From Candidatus Taenariivivens baikalensis (lineage in GTDB: Bacteria > Omnitrophota > Omnitrophia > Omnitrophales > Aquincolibacteriaceae), in the NCBI GenBank assembly GCA_009691445.1, contig SICL01000005.1, positions 2,446 to 66,445 on the forward strand: DNA of 64,000 nucleotides, written 5' to 3'. The notes beneath the pieces were generated by a model. The model saw only the letters and a program-made list of their open reading frames with translations, had not been told where the DNA came from and searched no databases. How positions within the stretch are numbered: the first letter of the stretch is position 1; each line of letters opens with the position of its first letter. This document shows positions 39,119-48,755 of the stretch, in pieces. A program made the translations under genes and the position numbers.

Positions 39119-39454
39119 GTGGGCGAAGAAATTTATCAGCTGGTTTATTATGAAGATCCCGGTGGAAAGAAGCCCTACCGCGAATGGTTTGAAGCTTTAA
39201 GAGATGTCAAAGCTCAGGCGGTCATTGATGCGCGTTTGGGACGTCTGCGTTTAGGGAATTTCGGAAAATGCGAGCCGGTTGGCCACGGAGTTTACGAATT
39301 GAAGATTTATTACGGCCCCGGCTACCGGGTTTATTTTTCGAGAGCCGGAAATCAGATTCTTCTTCTTTTATGCGGAGGAGACAAATCACGCCAATCCGAA
39401 GATATTCATAAGGCTCAAACGCACTGGCTGCAGTATAAAGGACCGAGATCATGA
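39119..39454 (+). CDS. Type II TA RelE/ParE-family toxin (addiction module killer, HigB-like)
   Basis: RLRLGNFG..EPVG.GVYELKI.YGPGYRVYF...LLLCGGDKS.Q..DI. Confidence 0.93.
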   Translation: MGEEIYQLVYYEDPGGKKPYREWFEALRDVKAQAVIDARLGRLRLGNFGKCEPVGHGVYELKIYYGPGYRVYFSRAGNQILLLLCGGDKSRQSEDIHKAQTHWLQYKGPRS

Positions 39455-39768
39455 AAGAAAAAAAGAATGGAAACTACAAACAAGATTTGATGAAGCGCCT
39501 GCAAAACGCAGAATTTGCTGAAACCTATTTAAACGCGGCTTTTGAAGACGAAGATAAACATGTCTTTTTACTTGCGCTCCGGGATGTGACGGAGGCTCGG
39601 GGCGGAATGGGAAGGATTGCGCGGCTTACCGACATTAGCCGCGAGCATATTTACCGGATGCTTTCAGAAAAAGGAAATCCGGAGCTGGAAACTCTCAAGA
39701 AATTGCTGAGTGCCTTGAATCTCAAGATTTCGATTTCCACAAAAGACCAGGATCGTAAAGCGGCTTAA
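39451..39768 (+). CDS. Addiction module antidote protein (HTH, HigA-like)
   Basis: YLNAAFED...FLLALRDV..ARGGM...SRE..YRMLS..GNP. Confidence 0.92.
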   Translation: MKEKKNGNYKQDLMKRLQNAEFAETYLNAAFEDEDKHVFLLALRDVTEARGGMGRIARLTDISREHIYRMLSEKGNPELETLKKLLSALNLKISISTKDQDRKAA

Positions 39769-39801
39769 ACGAATAAATGGAACTAGCCTTTTCGAAGGGA
39801 A

Positions 39802-40017
39802 GTGTGGTTTAATAGATTTATGAAGGAATTCCTGGTTGGACTTTTAATGCTGTTCGTGTTTTCGGTCTTGTCGCTGCTTGGATTTCTGCTGGTGCCTTTA
39901 CTCCTTGTGCTGGGCCTGTTCCTGCGATTGATCTTGTCCTTTATCCTGATTCTTTTCGCGGTTTGGCTCATCGGCAAGGCCACGCTGATGTCGATCGAAA
40001 TCATGAGAAATAAATAG
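39802..40017 (+). CDS. Small hydrophobic membrane protein
   Basis: Leu-rich two-TM ORF immediately upstream of cstA; start 39802 or 39820. Confidence 0.6.
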   Translation: MWFNRFMKEFLVGLLMLFVFSVLSLLGFLLVPLLLVLGLFLRLILSFILILFAVWLIGKATLMSIEIMRNK

Positions 40018-40034
40018 GGCTCTAAGCCGCTTTT

Positions 40035-41837
40035 ATGCCGGCACTTCCTCTGGTTATTTTTACCCTTTGCGCGTTTGTCATCGGCTACCGCTATTACAGC
40101 GCCTTTCTTGCCGCCAAAGTCTTTGTCCTCGACGCCGGGCGCGTGACACCGGCCCACACTCACCGCGATAATCAAAACTATTATCCGATGTCAAAATGGG
40201 TCCTCTTCGGTCATCACTTTGCCGCGATTTCTGGCGCGGGTCCGCTCATTGGTCCGGTGCTTGCCGCGCAATTTGGTTATCTTCCCGGACTTCTCTGGAT
40301 TGTGATCGGCGTGGTGCTCGGGGGTGCGGTGCAGGATTTTGTGATCCTTGTTGCATCGACCCGGCGGGAAGGAAAATCCCTGGCAGAAATTGCCAAAGCC
40401 GAGATCGGTCCCGTAGCCGGAATTGCCTGCGCTATTGCGATTGTGTTCATTGTGATCGTGGCCCTTGCCGGGCTTGGGTTTGTGCTTGTGAACGCGCTGG
40501 CGGAAAGTTCCTGGGGCGTGTTTACGATTGCGGCCAGTATTCCGATTGCCATGCTGATGGGCCTCTACGTCTTTGCCTGGAATCAGGGGAGCCATAAAGC
40601 CACCAAGCAAGCCACCGTCGTGGGAGTGATCCTTCTTTTTCTGGCCGTGGTTTTGGGAAAATGGGTTCCGGAAATTCCCTGGCTGAATTCTATTTTTCTT
40701 TTAGACCGCCAGAAAATTATTATTGCGATCGCGGTTTACGGATTTTTCGCTTCGGTCCTTCCAGTCTGGCTGCTGCTTGCGCCGCGCGATTACCTCAGCT
40801 CTTATATGAAGCTCGGAACCATTTTTGTATTGATTGCAGGCATTATCTTTGTCAATCCAACGCTTCATTTTCCGGCACTGACTCCGTTTATCCACGGTGG
40901 CGGCCCGATTGTTCCCGGCAAAGTCTGGCCGTTTTGTTTTATCACGATCATGTGCGGCGCGGTTTCCGGATTTCACGCCCTCGTTTCTTCGGGAACAACT
41001 CCCAAAATGATTTCGAGTGAATGTCACGCGCGTTCAATCGGATACGGCTGTATGCTGCTTGAAGCCTTGGTGGCCGTGGTTTGTCTTGTGGCCGCGTCGT
41101 CAATGCACCCGGGAGATTATTACGCGATCAATGTTTCGCCGGAAACTTACTCGCATCTGGTTCAAACACTTGGGATTCATCCGGTCAATCTGGATTGGCT
41201 GACGAAAGAAGTGGGAGAGAAAAGTTTGGTCGGAAGAACCGGCGGTGCCGTGTCACTCGCAGTGGGAATGGCCCAGATTTTCAGTGCGCTTCCTTTTTTG
41301 AGCGGCTTTATGAAATACTGGTATCACTTCGCGATTATGTTCGAGGCGCTTTTTATTCTGACCACGATTGATGCCGGAACGCGCATTGCCCGTTTTATCC
41401 TTCAGGAACTTCTCGGAAATGTTTACGCGCCTTTTAAGCGTCCCGACTGGATACCCGGCAATCTCCTGGCCAGCTTTCTTGTGGTTTTCGGATGGGCGTA
41501 TCTGATCTGGAACGCGAGCATCAGTACGATCTGGCCGATGTTCGGAATCGCCAATCAGCTTTTGGCCGCCATTGCTCTTGCGATCGGAAGCGTGATTTTA
41601 GTTCAGATGAAGAAGGGGAGATATATCTGGGTCACGCTTGTTCCCATGATTTTCGTGACAGTCACCACGTTCGCGGCCGCTTATCAGATGATCGCTCATC
41701 ATTACTGGCCCAAAACCGCAACGCCCTTGATCATTTCCTTGAATATCGCGCTTATCATCATTATAAGCGTTTGCACCGTGATCATTTTCATCAGTGCCTT
41801 CCAAAAATGCCGGGGAGCCAGGGACAGGTCTCATTGA
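40035..41837 (+). CDS. cstA: Carbon starvation protein A family transporter (CstA/BtsT)
   Basis: [47 protein letters not shown] and [12 protein letters not shown] motifs. Confidence 0.95.
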   Translation: MPALPLVIFTLCAFVIGYRYYSAFLAAKVFVLDAGRVTPAHTHRDNQNYYPMSKWVLFGHHFAAISGAGPLIGPVLAAQFGYLPGLLWIVIGVVLGGAVQDFVILVASTRREGKSLAEIAKAEIGPVAGIACAIAIVFIVIVALAGLGFVLVNALAESSWGVFTIAASIPIAMLMGLYVFAWNQGSHKATKQATVVGVILLFLAVVLGKWVPEIPWLNSIFLLDRQKIIIAIAVYGFFASVLPVWLLLAPRDYLSSYMKLGTIFVLIAGIIFVNPTLHFPALTPFIHGGGPIVPGKVWPFCFITIMCGAVSGFHALVSSGTTPKMISSECHARSIGYGCMLLEALVAVVCLVAASSMHPGDYYAINVSPETYSHLVQTLGIHPVNLDWLTKEVGEKSLVGRTGGAVSLAVGMAQIFSALPFLSGFMKYWYHFAIMFEALFILTTIDAGTRIARFILQELLGNVYAPFKRPDWIPGNLLASFLVVFGWAYLIWNASISTIWPMFGIANQLLAAIALAIGSVILVQMKKGRYIWVTLVPMIFVTVTTFAAAYQMIAHHYWPKTATPLIISLNIALIIIISVCTVIIFISAFQKCRGARDRSH

Positions 41838-41915
41838 AGCCGTGGTATTTGATGAAGCGATTAAATCTGTTCAACAAAATTAGGTAAGTACAAATTTCTC
41901 AATGAGACCTGTCCC
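41821..41915. mobile_element. 95-bp MITE-like element, family C
   Basis: Perfect 17-bp terminal inverted repeats GGGACAGGTCTCATTGA / TCAATGAGACCTGTCCC. Confidence 0.85.
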
Positions 41916-42150
41916 TGACTGCCACTGCAAAACCACTCAAATGCTTTCTAATGAGGCAGCCGTTGAGATGGCGGAAAAACAGCTCATCAAGATCAAGGAT
42001 TTTCCAGACGCGTGGAAAATGCTGTATCAATGTTCCGCCTGTCTTCAATATTGGGAGCTTTCCTATCCCGCAGCAGGGGATGTGTGCTGCGTGGAGCCTG
42101 AGCTTTGCAAGTTAAGCCTTGAAACTGCCAAAGCGGACTACCATCTTTAA
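41902..42150 (+). CDS. Small Cys-containing protein, Imm27-like orphan immunity protein
   Basis: W..LY.....YWELSYP........P.L..LS.E.A...Y resembles the Imm27 pattern as recalled; not searched. Confidence 0.5.
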   Translation: MRPVPDCHCKTTQMLSNEAAVEMAEKQLIKIKDFPDAWKMLYQCSACLQYWELSYPAAGDVCCVEPELCKLSLETAKADYHL

Positions 42151-42172
42151 AGTTCGTTGCACATTTATTGTT

Positions 42173-42365
42173 GTCATTGCGAGCGACCGTAGGGAGCTCC
42201 GCCGAAGGACGGATCAGTCCTCTGGCTGAGAAGCAATCTCGGGTCTATGCTCCGGGATTGCCGCGCCCGCCTGCCGGCGAGGCAGGTCTCCGCCAAGGCG
42301 CGGGACTCGTCCGCCGAAGGACGGATCCGTCCTCTGGCGGACAATGACAAACCCAACGCAATGAC
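42173..42365. repeat. Composite REP-like element, family A, with nested modules
   Basis: GTCATTGCGAG...CAATGAC with inner palindromes at about 42198, 42266 and 42310. Confidence 0.85.
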
Positions 42366-42465
42366 ACACTTACTATTTTTTAAAAAATCCTCAAAATTTT
42401 GAATATTCCGTTGAAGTTGTGAATTTTTTTTGTCGATGACTAAACGAAAACGGAGTGACAGAGGA

Positions 42466-42915
42466 ATGCGGCGAACGATTTCATTGATCTTGATTCTTTT
42501 CTTGGGCTGGATCGGCTATCTTTTTGCGGGCCGGGATGAAGGAATGGCTCCTGCCGATGGTTTTTTTCTCCCCAAAGGGAGTGCCGAAGACGGGCGCAAG
42601 GCCTTTAACCACTTAAAGTGCAGTGCCTGCCACTGGGCAGCCAATGATATGCAGGTTCCCGATCCTATCACCGCCAAAGCCGGTCCTATGCTGGGGCCGA
42701 AACAGGCGGCTTATGCCCCGGGCTGGATTGCCAACTCGATTGTTTCTCCCTCGCATACCATTGCCCGCAATTCCGAGCCGGGCAAGACCGAGGGGGGAGA
42801 GCTTTCGCGCATGCCTGATTTTTCTCAAACCATGACCGTCCGCGAACTGATTGACCTTATTGCTTATATTCAGTCCCTGAAACAAGCTCAGCCTGCTAAA
42901 GTCCCGCCTCAATAA
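42466..42915 (+). CDS. Monoheme c-type cytochrome, membrane-anchored
   Basis: N-terminal TM, CSACH heme motif, GP.L, SIVSPSH, SRMP (Met ligand), LIDLIAYI. Confidence 0.85.
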   Translation: MRRTISLILILFLGWIGYLFAGRDEGMAPADGFFLPKGSAEDGRKAFNHLKCSACHWAANDMQVPDPITAKAGPMLGPKQAAYAPGWIANSIVSPSHTIARNSEPGKTEGGELSRMPDFSQTMTVRELIDLIAYIQSLKQAQPAKVPPQ

Positions 42916-42916
42916 C

Positions 42917-42956
42917 ACAGACCCATCACTCAACCTAAATTAAGCGATGGGTCTGC
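42917..42956. terminator. Hairpin downstream of the cytochrome c gene
   Basis: CAGACCCATC...GATGGGTCTG stem with a weak U-tract. Confidence 0.45.
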
Positions 42957-43195
42957 GTAATCAATAAGGTTGGATCAATTCAATTTCATTTTTTTATCGT
43001 CGGTTTCCCATTTTTATCGTAATTCACGGTCTGTGTGAGAATATTGTTGATGAGGGTCTCACGCGTGCTCAATTGACCACCGGGGCCACTATATTCCTCA
43101 AGCTAAGAAGACTTGACCGGCACGATTGGTTTCGATATTATTCCACGCATAAAGTCTGTTCCAATACCTCACCCCAATGAATGGAGTTCTGACTC

Positions 43196-43678
43196 ATGAA
43201 GCGTGATAGCAACCGTGCCTGCTTTGCTCTTTTTTTTGGATTTTTCCTTTTGGGCGCCGTTCGCCTTTACGCCGCTCCGCCTCCTTTTCAATCTGGGATG
43301 CCTCCGATTAAGGAATCCAGGGCTTATAAGACATTTTTAATGCGTCCTTATTCGGAACTTTCAAAAATTGTTTTTCTCACGGACCGTTTTAAGGAGGCAA
43401 AGATCAAGGTGATCTATGACGGCCTCCATTTTGAGCCGGAATTTGCCGTGCGCATTGCTAAGTGGTTTCTTTCCCAGCATTACCGGAAGGAGAGCGCTAA
43501 GGAATGGATTATGGTGTACTGTAACCAATCGCTTTTTGAACACCAGCTGATCTGGGCGATGGATAAAAAAGGAGACTTCAAGCTTTCCCGTGAGGTTTTG
43601 ATGACGGAACTTAAAGCGCTTGAAGAAACCTGTGAGCAGGACTTGAACTGCAAAGGGAAAAAGAAGCCGAGTGCCTAG
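43196..43678 (+). CDS. Secreted hypothetical protein (possibly DUF5329-like)
   Basis: RBS GGAG, signal peptide, upstream TTGACC-17-TATTAT; pattern I..L....S...YDG......SA.EWI...C..S......S...L..EL. Confidence 0.65.
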   Translation: MKRDSNRACFALFFGFFLLGAVRLYAAPPPFQSGMPPIKESRAYKTFLMRPYSELSKIVFLTDRFKEAKIKVIYDGLHFEPEFAVRIAKWFLSQHYRKESAKEWIMVYCNQSLFEHQLIWAMDKKGDFKLSREVLMTELKALEETCEQDLNCKGKKKPSA

Positions 43679-43702
43679 TACCAGTTTCATCTATCATTTT
43701 CG

Positions 43703-43784
43703 GTCATTGCGAGTCCCGCACCCTGGCGGAGACGCGGCAATCGCTGGGTGTAACCCGAGATTGATTCGCTTTGCTCACAATGAC
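43703..43784. repeat. REP-like palindrome, family A
   Basis: GTCATTGCGAGTCCC...CTCACAATGAC. Confidence 0.85.
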
Positions 43785-43800
43785 AAATAAACGAGTTGTG

Positions 43801-44547
43801 ATGACTTATGAAACCACTTCCAGTCGGCATCGTTTTCGATTTTTTTCCTGCCTCATGACACTTGCGATAGTTACTTCTGGTTGTCAAACCAAAGTGGATC
43901 CTGCTCCGAACGCGGGATTCATCAACGGGGCGCTCCTCTCCCAAGCCTCGGATCTTCCGTTTCAAAAAGTCTGGAGAAAAAAAGGTGTCAATTTCAGGAG
44001 CTATAAAGAAATTTTCATTTCTCCCGTGAACACCGAGTTCCTCCTTAAAATGAGTTTATGGGAGGAAACCGGAAGGGGAGCAAGGATCAGGCAGGATATC
44101 GGAGAACTTGCCGAGTATGCGCATGATCGTCTTGAGAAGGCGTTCAGGGAAGATGCGAGATACCGGTTTTCAGTGGTGGATACTCCTTCTTCGAAGTCTC
44201 TGGTGCTTGAACTTGCGATTGTCGAGCTGGTTCCTTCAAAAGCCGCGTTGAATGTGGCGGGATTAATTCCTCTCACCGCGATTCCTGCCAGTATTCTGGG
44301 GCTGAGTGCGCGAAGCACGGTGGCTTTTGAGGCCCGGGTGAGGGATGGATATTCCGGAGAAATCCTTGGGCTTTTTGCGGACCGGGTGGGGGCTAAAATT
44401 TCCATTTTTAATGTGAAGAATTATTCGTGGTATAGTCACGCCGAGAGTATTCTTGCGGAGTGGGCTGCGCAATTCGTCGAGGTGCTGGGTAAGGATCGGG
44501 AGACCGTTGTGAAGGGTTCCGGATGGTTTGAGTTGAAACCTTGGTAA
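43801..44547 (+). CDS. DUF3313 family lipoprotein
   Basis: Lipobox VTSGC, GF motif, LELAIVEL and FEARVRD..SGE.L...ADR motifs. Confidence 0.75.
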   Translation: MTYETTSSRHRFRFFSCLMTLAIVTSGCQTKVDPAPNAGFINGALLSQASDLPFQKVWRKKGVNFRSYKEIFISPVNTEFLLKMSLWEETGRGARIRQDIGELAEYAHDRLEKAFREDARYRFSVVDTPSSKSLVLELAIVELVPSKAALNVAGLIPLTAIPASILGLSARSTVAFEARVRDGYSGEILGLFADRVGAKISIFNVKNYSWYSHAESILAEWAAQFVEVLGKDRETVVKGSGWFELKPW

Positions 44548-44553
44548 CAAATT

Positions 44554-44660
44554 AATAACCAAGATACAAGAAACAAGTGTCCAAACGGTTTGTCGTTTGC
44601 AGTTTATTTTTTGTAGATTTGGTTATTCTTTGGTTCTTGTAACTTGTTTCTTGGTTATTT
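44554..44660. repeat. Heptamer inverted-repeat element, family B (inverted orientation)
   Basis: Reverse complement aligns with 13677-13809. Confidence 0.85.
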
Positions 44661-44671
44661 AGGAATTGTAT

Positions 44672-45262
44672 ATGAAAATTGTTTGTCTTGATCTTGAAGG
44701 TGTACTGGTTCCGGAAATATGGATTGAGGTTTCCAAGCGCTTCCGCCTTGAATCTCTGCGTCTGACGACCCGCGATATGCCGGACTATGACAAGCTGATG
44801 AAGTACCGCCTGAACATCCTGCGCAAAGAAAAGATCCGTCTCAAAGATATCCAGAAAGTCATTGCTGGAATCCAGCCTTTGGCCGGAGCCAAAAAATTTC
44901 TGGATGAGCTTCGGGCAAAAAGTTCGGTCATGATTCTTTCGGATACTTATTATGAGTTCGCCGGACCCTTAATGCGCAAGCTCGGCCAGCCGAGTTTGTT
45001 TTGCAACTGGCTTGAGACGGACAAGGCGGGTTATATTTCTAATTATATTTTGCGGCAAAAGGACGGTAAGACCAAGGCGGTCAAGGCGCTTCAGAGTCTG
45101 CACTTCAAGGTTTATGCGAGCGGCGATTCTTACAATGATCTTGGGATGCTTCAGGCTGCCGACCGGGGAGTTTTGTTTAATCCACCGGAATCGATTGTGA
45201 AAAAGTTCCCTAAAATTCCCGTCACGAAAAATTACCGGGACTTGCTTAAGAAGCTCTCCTAA
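44672..45262 (+). CDS. thrH: Phosphoserine phosphatase/homoserine phosphotransferase ThrH
   Basis: CLDLEGVLVPEIW, TTRD.PDYD.LM, ILSDTYYEF and GDSYND motifs. Confidence 0.95.
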   Translation: MKIVCLDLEGVLVPEIWIEVSKRFRLESLRLTTRDMPDYDKLMKYRLNILRKEKIRLKDIQKVIAGIQPLAGAKKFLDELRAKSSVMILSDTYYEFAGPLMRKLGQPSLFCNWLETDKAGYISNYILRQKDGKTKAVKALQSLHFKVYASGDSYNDLGMLQAADRGVLFNPPESIVKKFPKIPVTKNYRDLLKKLS

Positions 45263-45267
45263 CGCTT

Positions 45268-45517
45268 GTCATTGCGGACCTTTGCTGTCATTGAGGTCCT
45301 TTGGCTGTCATTGCGAGGAGCGATTTTTGCGACGAAGCAATCTCGGTTTGTGCACCGGGATTGCCGCGTCTCCGCCCAAGCGCGGGACTCGCAATGACAA
45401 AAAAAAACTACGCTATTACGAGCCCTTTCCCTTGGTGTCATTGCGAGCGGAGCGAAGCAATCTCGGGTTATGCTCCGGTTTGCCACGTCTCCGCCAAAGC
45501 GCGGGACTCGTAATGAC
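45268..45517. repeat. Cluster of family A REP-like elements
   Basis: Two full palindromes plus two extra TGTCATTG starts, between convergent thrH and aceA. Confidence 0.85.
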
Positions 45518-45521
45518 GGAT

Positions 45522-46802
45522 TTAAGCCTTCTTAAACTGCTCCGCCTCCGTCGATCCCTTCATACTAAACGTCGATGATTGCCCGCCCGTGGCGATTTGA
45601 GTCACGGCATCAAAATAGCCGGTTCCCACAAATTCCTGATGCTTCACGGCTTCATAGCCCAGCTTTTCTGCGGCAAATTCCTCTTCCTGCAGTTCGGAAT
45701 AGGCGGCCATTCCTTTGGTTTTGTAATCCTTGGCCAGCATAAACATACTGTAATTGAGCACGTGAAATCCGGATAAAGTCACGAACTGGAATTTGTATCC
45801 CATCTTTCCCAGCTGTTCCTGAAACGTTTCGATGGATTTCTCGTCCAGATTCGATTTCCAGTTAAAGGACGGCGAGCAGTTATAGGCAAGAAGTTTTCCT
45901 GGGAATTTTTTATGGATGGCTTCCGCGAAAGTTTTGGCCTGTTGCAGATTGGGTTTGGAAGTTTCAAACCAGAGCAGATCCGCGTAAGGTGCGTACGCAA
46001 GTCCGCGGCTGATGGCTTGATCCAGTCCGGCTTTGACCTGATAAAATCCTTCATGCGTCCGGGTTCCATAGATAAAGGGCTGATCATAAGGATCCACGTC
46101 GCTGGTCAGAAGGGAAGCGCTGTCCGCATCCGTACGTGCGATCAACATTGTATCGACGCCGCAGACATCCGCGGCTAAACGCGCTGCAATTAACTTGGTG
46201 ATAAATTCCTGGGTCGGAACCAAAACTTTTCCTCCAAGATGCCCGCATTTTTTCACCGAGGCTAGCTGATCTTCAAAGTGAACGCCCGAGGCTCCTTCTT
46301 CGATCATCATCTTCATGATTTCAAACGCGTGAAGCGGTCCACCGAATCCGGCTTCGGCATCGGCCACAAGCGGCGCAAGCCAGTGAATGCTGTGGTCATC
46401 CTTGAGATGATGGATCTGATCTGTGCGCATCAGGGAATTATTGATCCGCTTGATCAGATAGGGGACGCTGTCGGACGGATAAAGACTTTGATCCGGATAC
46501 ATGCGCAGGGAATTATTCATGTCGGCCGCAACCTGCCAGCCGCTGACATAAATGGCTTTGAGTCCGGCCTTGACCTGCTGAATGGCTTGATTGCCCGTGA
46601 CCGCGCTTAGAACATGAACATAGGACTCATCATTCAGGAGCTGCCAGAGACGTTTGGCGCCGGCTTTGGCAATGGAGTATTCCCGGTGAATGGTGCCGCG
46701 AAGACGAAACACGTCCTCCGGTTTATAGGTACGCGTCACGCCTTTCCAGCGCGCCGAAGTTTTCCATTCCTGTCCAAGCTTTACGGTTTCGTTTAGATCC
46801 AT
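45522..46802 (-). CDS. aceA: Isocitrate lyase
   Basis: [19 protein letters not shown] and [10 protein letters not shown] motifs. Confidence 0.98.
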   Translation of the reverse strand: MDLNETVKLGQEWKTSARWKGVTRTYKPEDVFRLRGTIHREYSIAKAGAKRLWQLLNDESYVHVLSAVTGNQAIQQVKAGLKAIYVSGWQVAADMNNSLRMYPDQSLYPSDSVPYLIKRINNSLMRTDQIHHLKDDHSIHWLAPLVADAEAGFGGPLHAFEIMKMMIEEGASGVHFEDQLASVKKCGHLGGKVLVPTQEFITKLIAARLAADVCGVDTMLIARTDADSASLLTSDVDPYDQPFIYGTRTHEGFYQVKAGLDQAISRGLAYAPYADLLWFETSKPNLQQAKTFAEAIHKKFPGKLLAYNCSPSFNWKSNLDEKSIETFQEQLGKMGYKFQFVTLSGFHVLNYSMFMLAKDYKTKGMAAYSELQEEEFAAEKLGYEAVKHQEFVGTGYFDAVTQIATGGQSSTFSMKGSTEAEQFKKA

Positions 46803-46827
46803 AAAATCTCCTTTTGAATTTTAGGCT

Positions 46828-47050
46828 GTCATTGCCCGCCAGAGGACGGATCCGTCCTTCGGCGGACGAGTCCCGCGCTTTGGCGGAGACGCGGCAATCT
46901 GACACGAAGTGTCATCCTGAACGAAGTGAAGGATCTCAGGATAAACTCCGCGACGGATCTCATTCCGAGATTCTTCACTTCGTTCAGAATGACAAAAAAC
47001 GTCAGATTGCTTCCTGCCTACCGGCAGGCAGGCGCTCCGCTCGCAATGAC
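46828..47050. repeat. Nested composite REP-like element
   Basis: Outer GTCATTG...CGCAATGAC enclosing GTCATCCTGAACG...CGTTCAGAATGAC and two small palindromes. Confidence 0.85.
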
Positions 47051-47058
47051 AATGATTG

Positions 47059-48636
47059 TTAATCCAGATAATCGTAAGCAATGAGGGTTAAAAATTCTGG
47101 AAATTCTTTTTTCGTACTCATCGTTTCAAAAAGCTGGGAAGCGCGGGGGAACTGGCCCTTGTCAAAAACTTCTGGCCCGACAAGTGTCCGGATTTTTTCC
47201 AGCTCTTCCTGAATTAATTTCTTCAGAAGTTCCGGCGTAATTTCAAGCCATTCCCGGGTGACCGATTTGTGATGAATCCATTGCCAGACCTGGGAGCGTG
47301 AAATTTCAGCGGTCGCCGCGTCTTCCATCAGATTGTAAATGGGAACGCATCCCACGCCGCGCAGCCACGCTTCCAAATAAAGAATGCCGATATTCACATT
47401 CAATCGCAACCCTTTGTCCGTGACCGAACCTTCCGGCATCCGCAGGAGATCCTTGGCCGTGATTCGCACATCTTCCCGCAGGACATTCAGCTGATTTGCG
47501 GCAGGCATATGCTCGTCAAAGATTTCTTTAGCGATCGGAATCAAACCGGGATGAGCAACCCAGGTTCCGTCGTGACCGGCTTTCACTTCGCGGAGTTTGT
47601 CCGCCCCGACTTTTTCCATAGCCGCTTTGTTGGCGGCCGGATCAGATTTGATGGGGATCTGCGCGGCCATGCCTCCCATCGCGTGAATTCCGCGGCGATG
47701 GCAGGTCTGGATCAAAAGCTCCACATAAGCTTTGAGAAACGCATTGTCCATCGTGACCTCGGCGCGGTCGGGAAGGACAAAATTTTTATGATTCCGGAAT
47801 TTTTTGATGAAGCTGAAAATATAATCCCAGCGTCCGCAATTGAGTCCGGCCGAGTGATCGCGTAGTTCGTAAAGGATCTCATCCATCTCAAAGGCCGCAA
47901 GAATTGTTTCAATCAGGACCGTGGCGCGAATCGTTCCCGTTGGAATCCCAAGTTCAGTTTGAGAAAAATTAAACACATCATTCCAGAGCCGGGCCTCAAG
48001 ATGGCTTTCCATTTTCGGGAGATAAAAGTAAGGACCTGTACCTTGACTGATCAGTGTTTTGGCATTGTGGAAAAAGAAAAGCCCAAAATCAAAAAGCGAA
48101 GCGGAGATAGGATGTCCGTCGACAAGCAGATGTTTCTCCGATAAATGCCAGCCCCGGGGCCGCACCATCAAAGTAGCGATTTTTGGATTCAGGGCGTAGT
48201 GCTTTCCTTCCGGCGAATTAAAATCAATTTTCCGGTGAACGGCATTGCGTAAATTAATCTGCCCCTCCAGATTATTTTTCCAGGTCGGGGCATTCGAGTC
48301 TTCAAAGTCAGCCATAAAGACACAGGCACCGGAATTGAGGGCATTGACGATCATTTTTCGGTCCACCGGCCCGGTGATTTCAATGCGCCGGTCTTGAAGG
48401 TCATCAGGAATGGGCGCCACTTTCCAGCTGTCCTTACGGATCTTTTGTGTTTCCGGAAGAAAATCTGGAAGCTTTCCCTGATCAAGCTCCGCTTGACGAG
48501 TCTCGCGGTTCTTGAGAAGTGTCTGCCGCGTGGGTTCGAATTGCCGGGCAAGTTTGAGGAGAAAGGCAAGCGATGAGGGCGTCAGGATTTCCTGATGTTG
48601 AAAATTTAAGGAGTCGCGGACTTCAATATCTGTCAT
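47059..48636 (-). CDS. aceB: Malate synthase A
   Basis: [32 protein letters not shown] and [12 protein letters not shown] motifs. Confidence 0.98.
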   Translation of the reverse strand: MTDIEVRDSLNFQHQEILTPSSLAFLLKLARQFEPTRQTLLKNRETRQAELDQGKLPDFLPETQKIRKDSWKVAPIPDDLQDRRIEITGPVDRKMIVNALNSGACVFMADFEDSNAPTWKNNLEGQINLRNAVHRKIDFNSPEGKHYALNPKIATLMVRPRGWHLSEKHLLVDGHPISASLFDFGLFFFHNAKTLISQGTGPYFYLPKMESHLEARLWNDVFNFSQTELGIPTGTIRATVLIETILAAFEMDEILYELRDHSAGLNCGRWDYIFSFIKKFRNHKNFVLPDRAEVTMDNAFLKAYVELLIQTCHRRGIHAMGGMAAQIPIKSDPAANKAAMEKVGADKLREVKAGHDGTWVAHPGLIPIAKEIFDEHMPAANQLNVLREDVRITAKDLLRMPEGSVTDKGLRLNVNIGILYLEAWLRGVGCVPIYNLMEDAATAEISRSQVWQWIHHKSVTREWLEITPELLKKLIQEELEKIRTLVGPEVFDKGQFPRASQLFETMSTKKEFPEFLTLIAYDYLD

Positions 48637-48665
48637 TTTGAAACCTTTCTTATGTATAGGGTTGA

Positions 48666-48688
48666 CCTTATTTACGATCTAAATAAGG
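48666..48688. promoter_or_regulatory. Palindromic candidate operator between divergent aceB and livK
   Basis: CCTTATTTA-cgatc-TAAATAAGG, perfect 9-bp arms overlapping TTGACC. Confidence 0.5.
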
Positions 48689-48755
48689 GTTTTATTGATT
48701 TTTATTTCATATCATGAAAAAATACGCCCGCCAGCCAACCAACGAAGGAGCTTTC

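Noticed and set aside
42174-42356. Short ORFs within repeat clusters (also 45259-45578, 46814-47081, 53768-53997)
   Set aside because: They are translations of family A palindromes (recurring CHCE and LAMT strings), not genes.
42957-43110. Possible small RNA in the intergenic region after the cytochrome c gene
   Set aside because: Only short, weak stems and no recognisable Rfam motif or clear promoter; cannot be supported by eye.
45268-47050. Clustered repeats that could be mistaken for a CRISPR array
   Set aside because: Units are palindromic, variable in length and dispersed across intergenic regions, with no regular repeat-spacer period and no cas genes.
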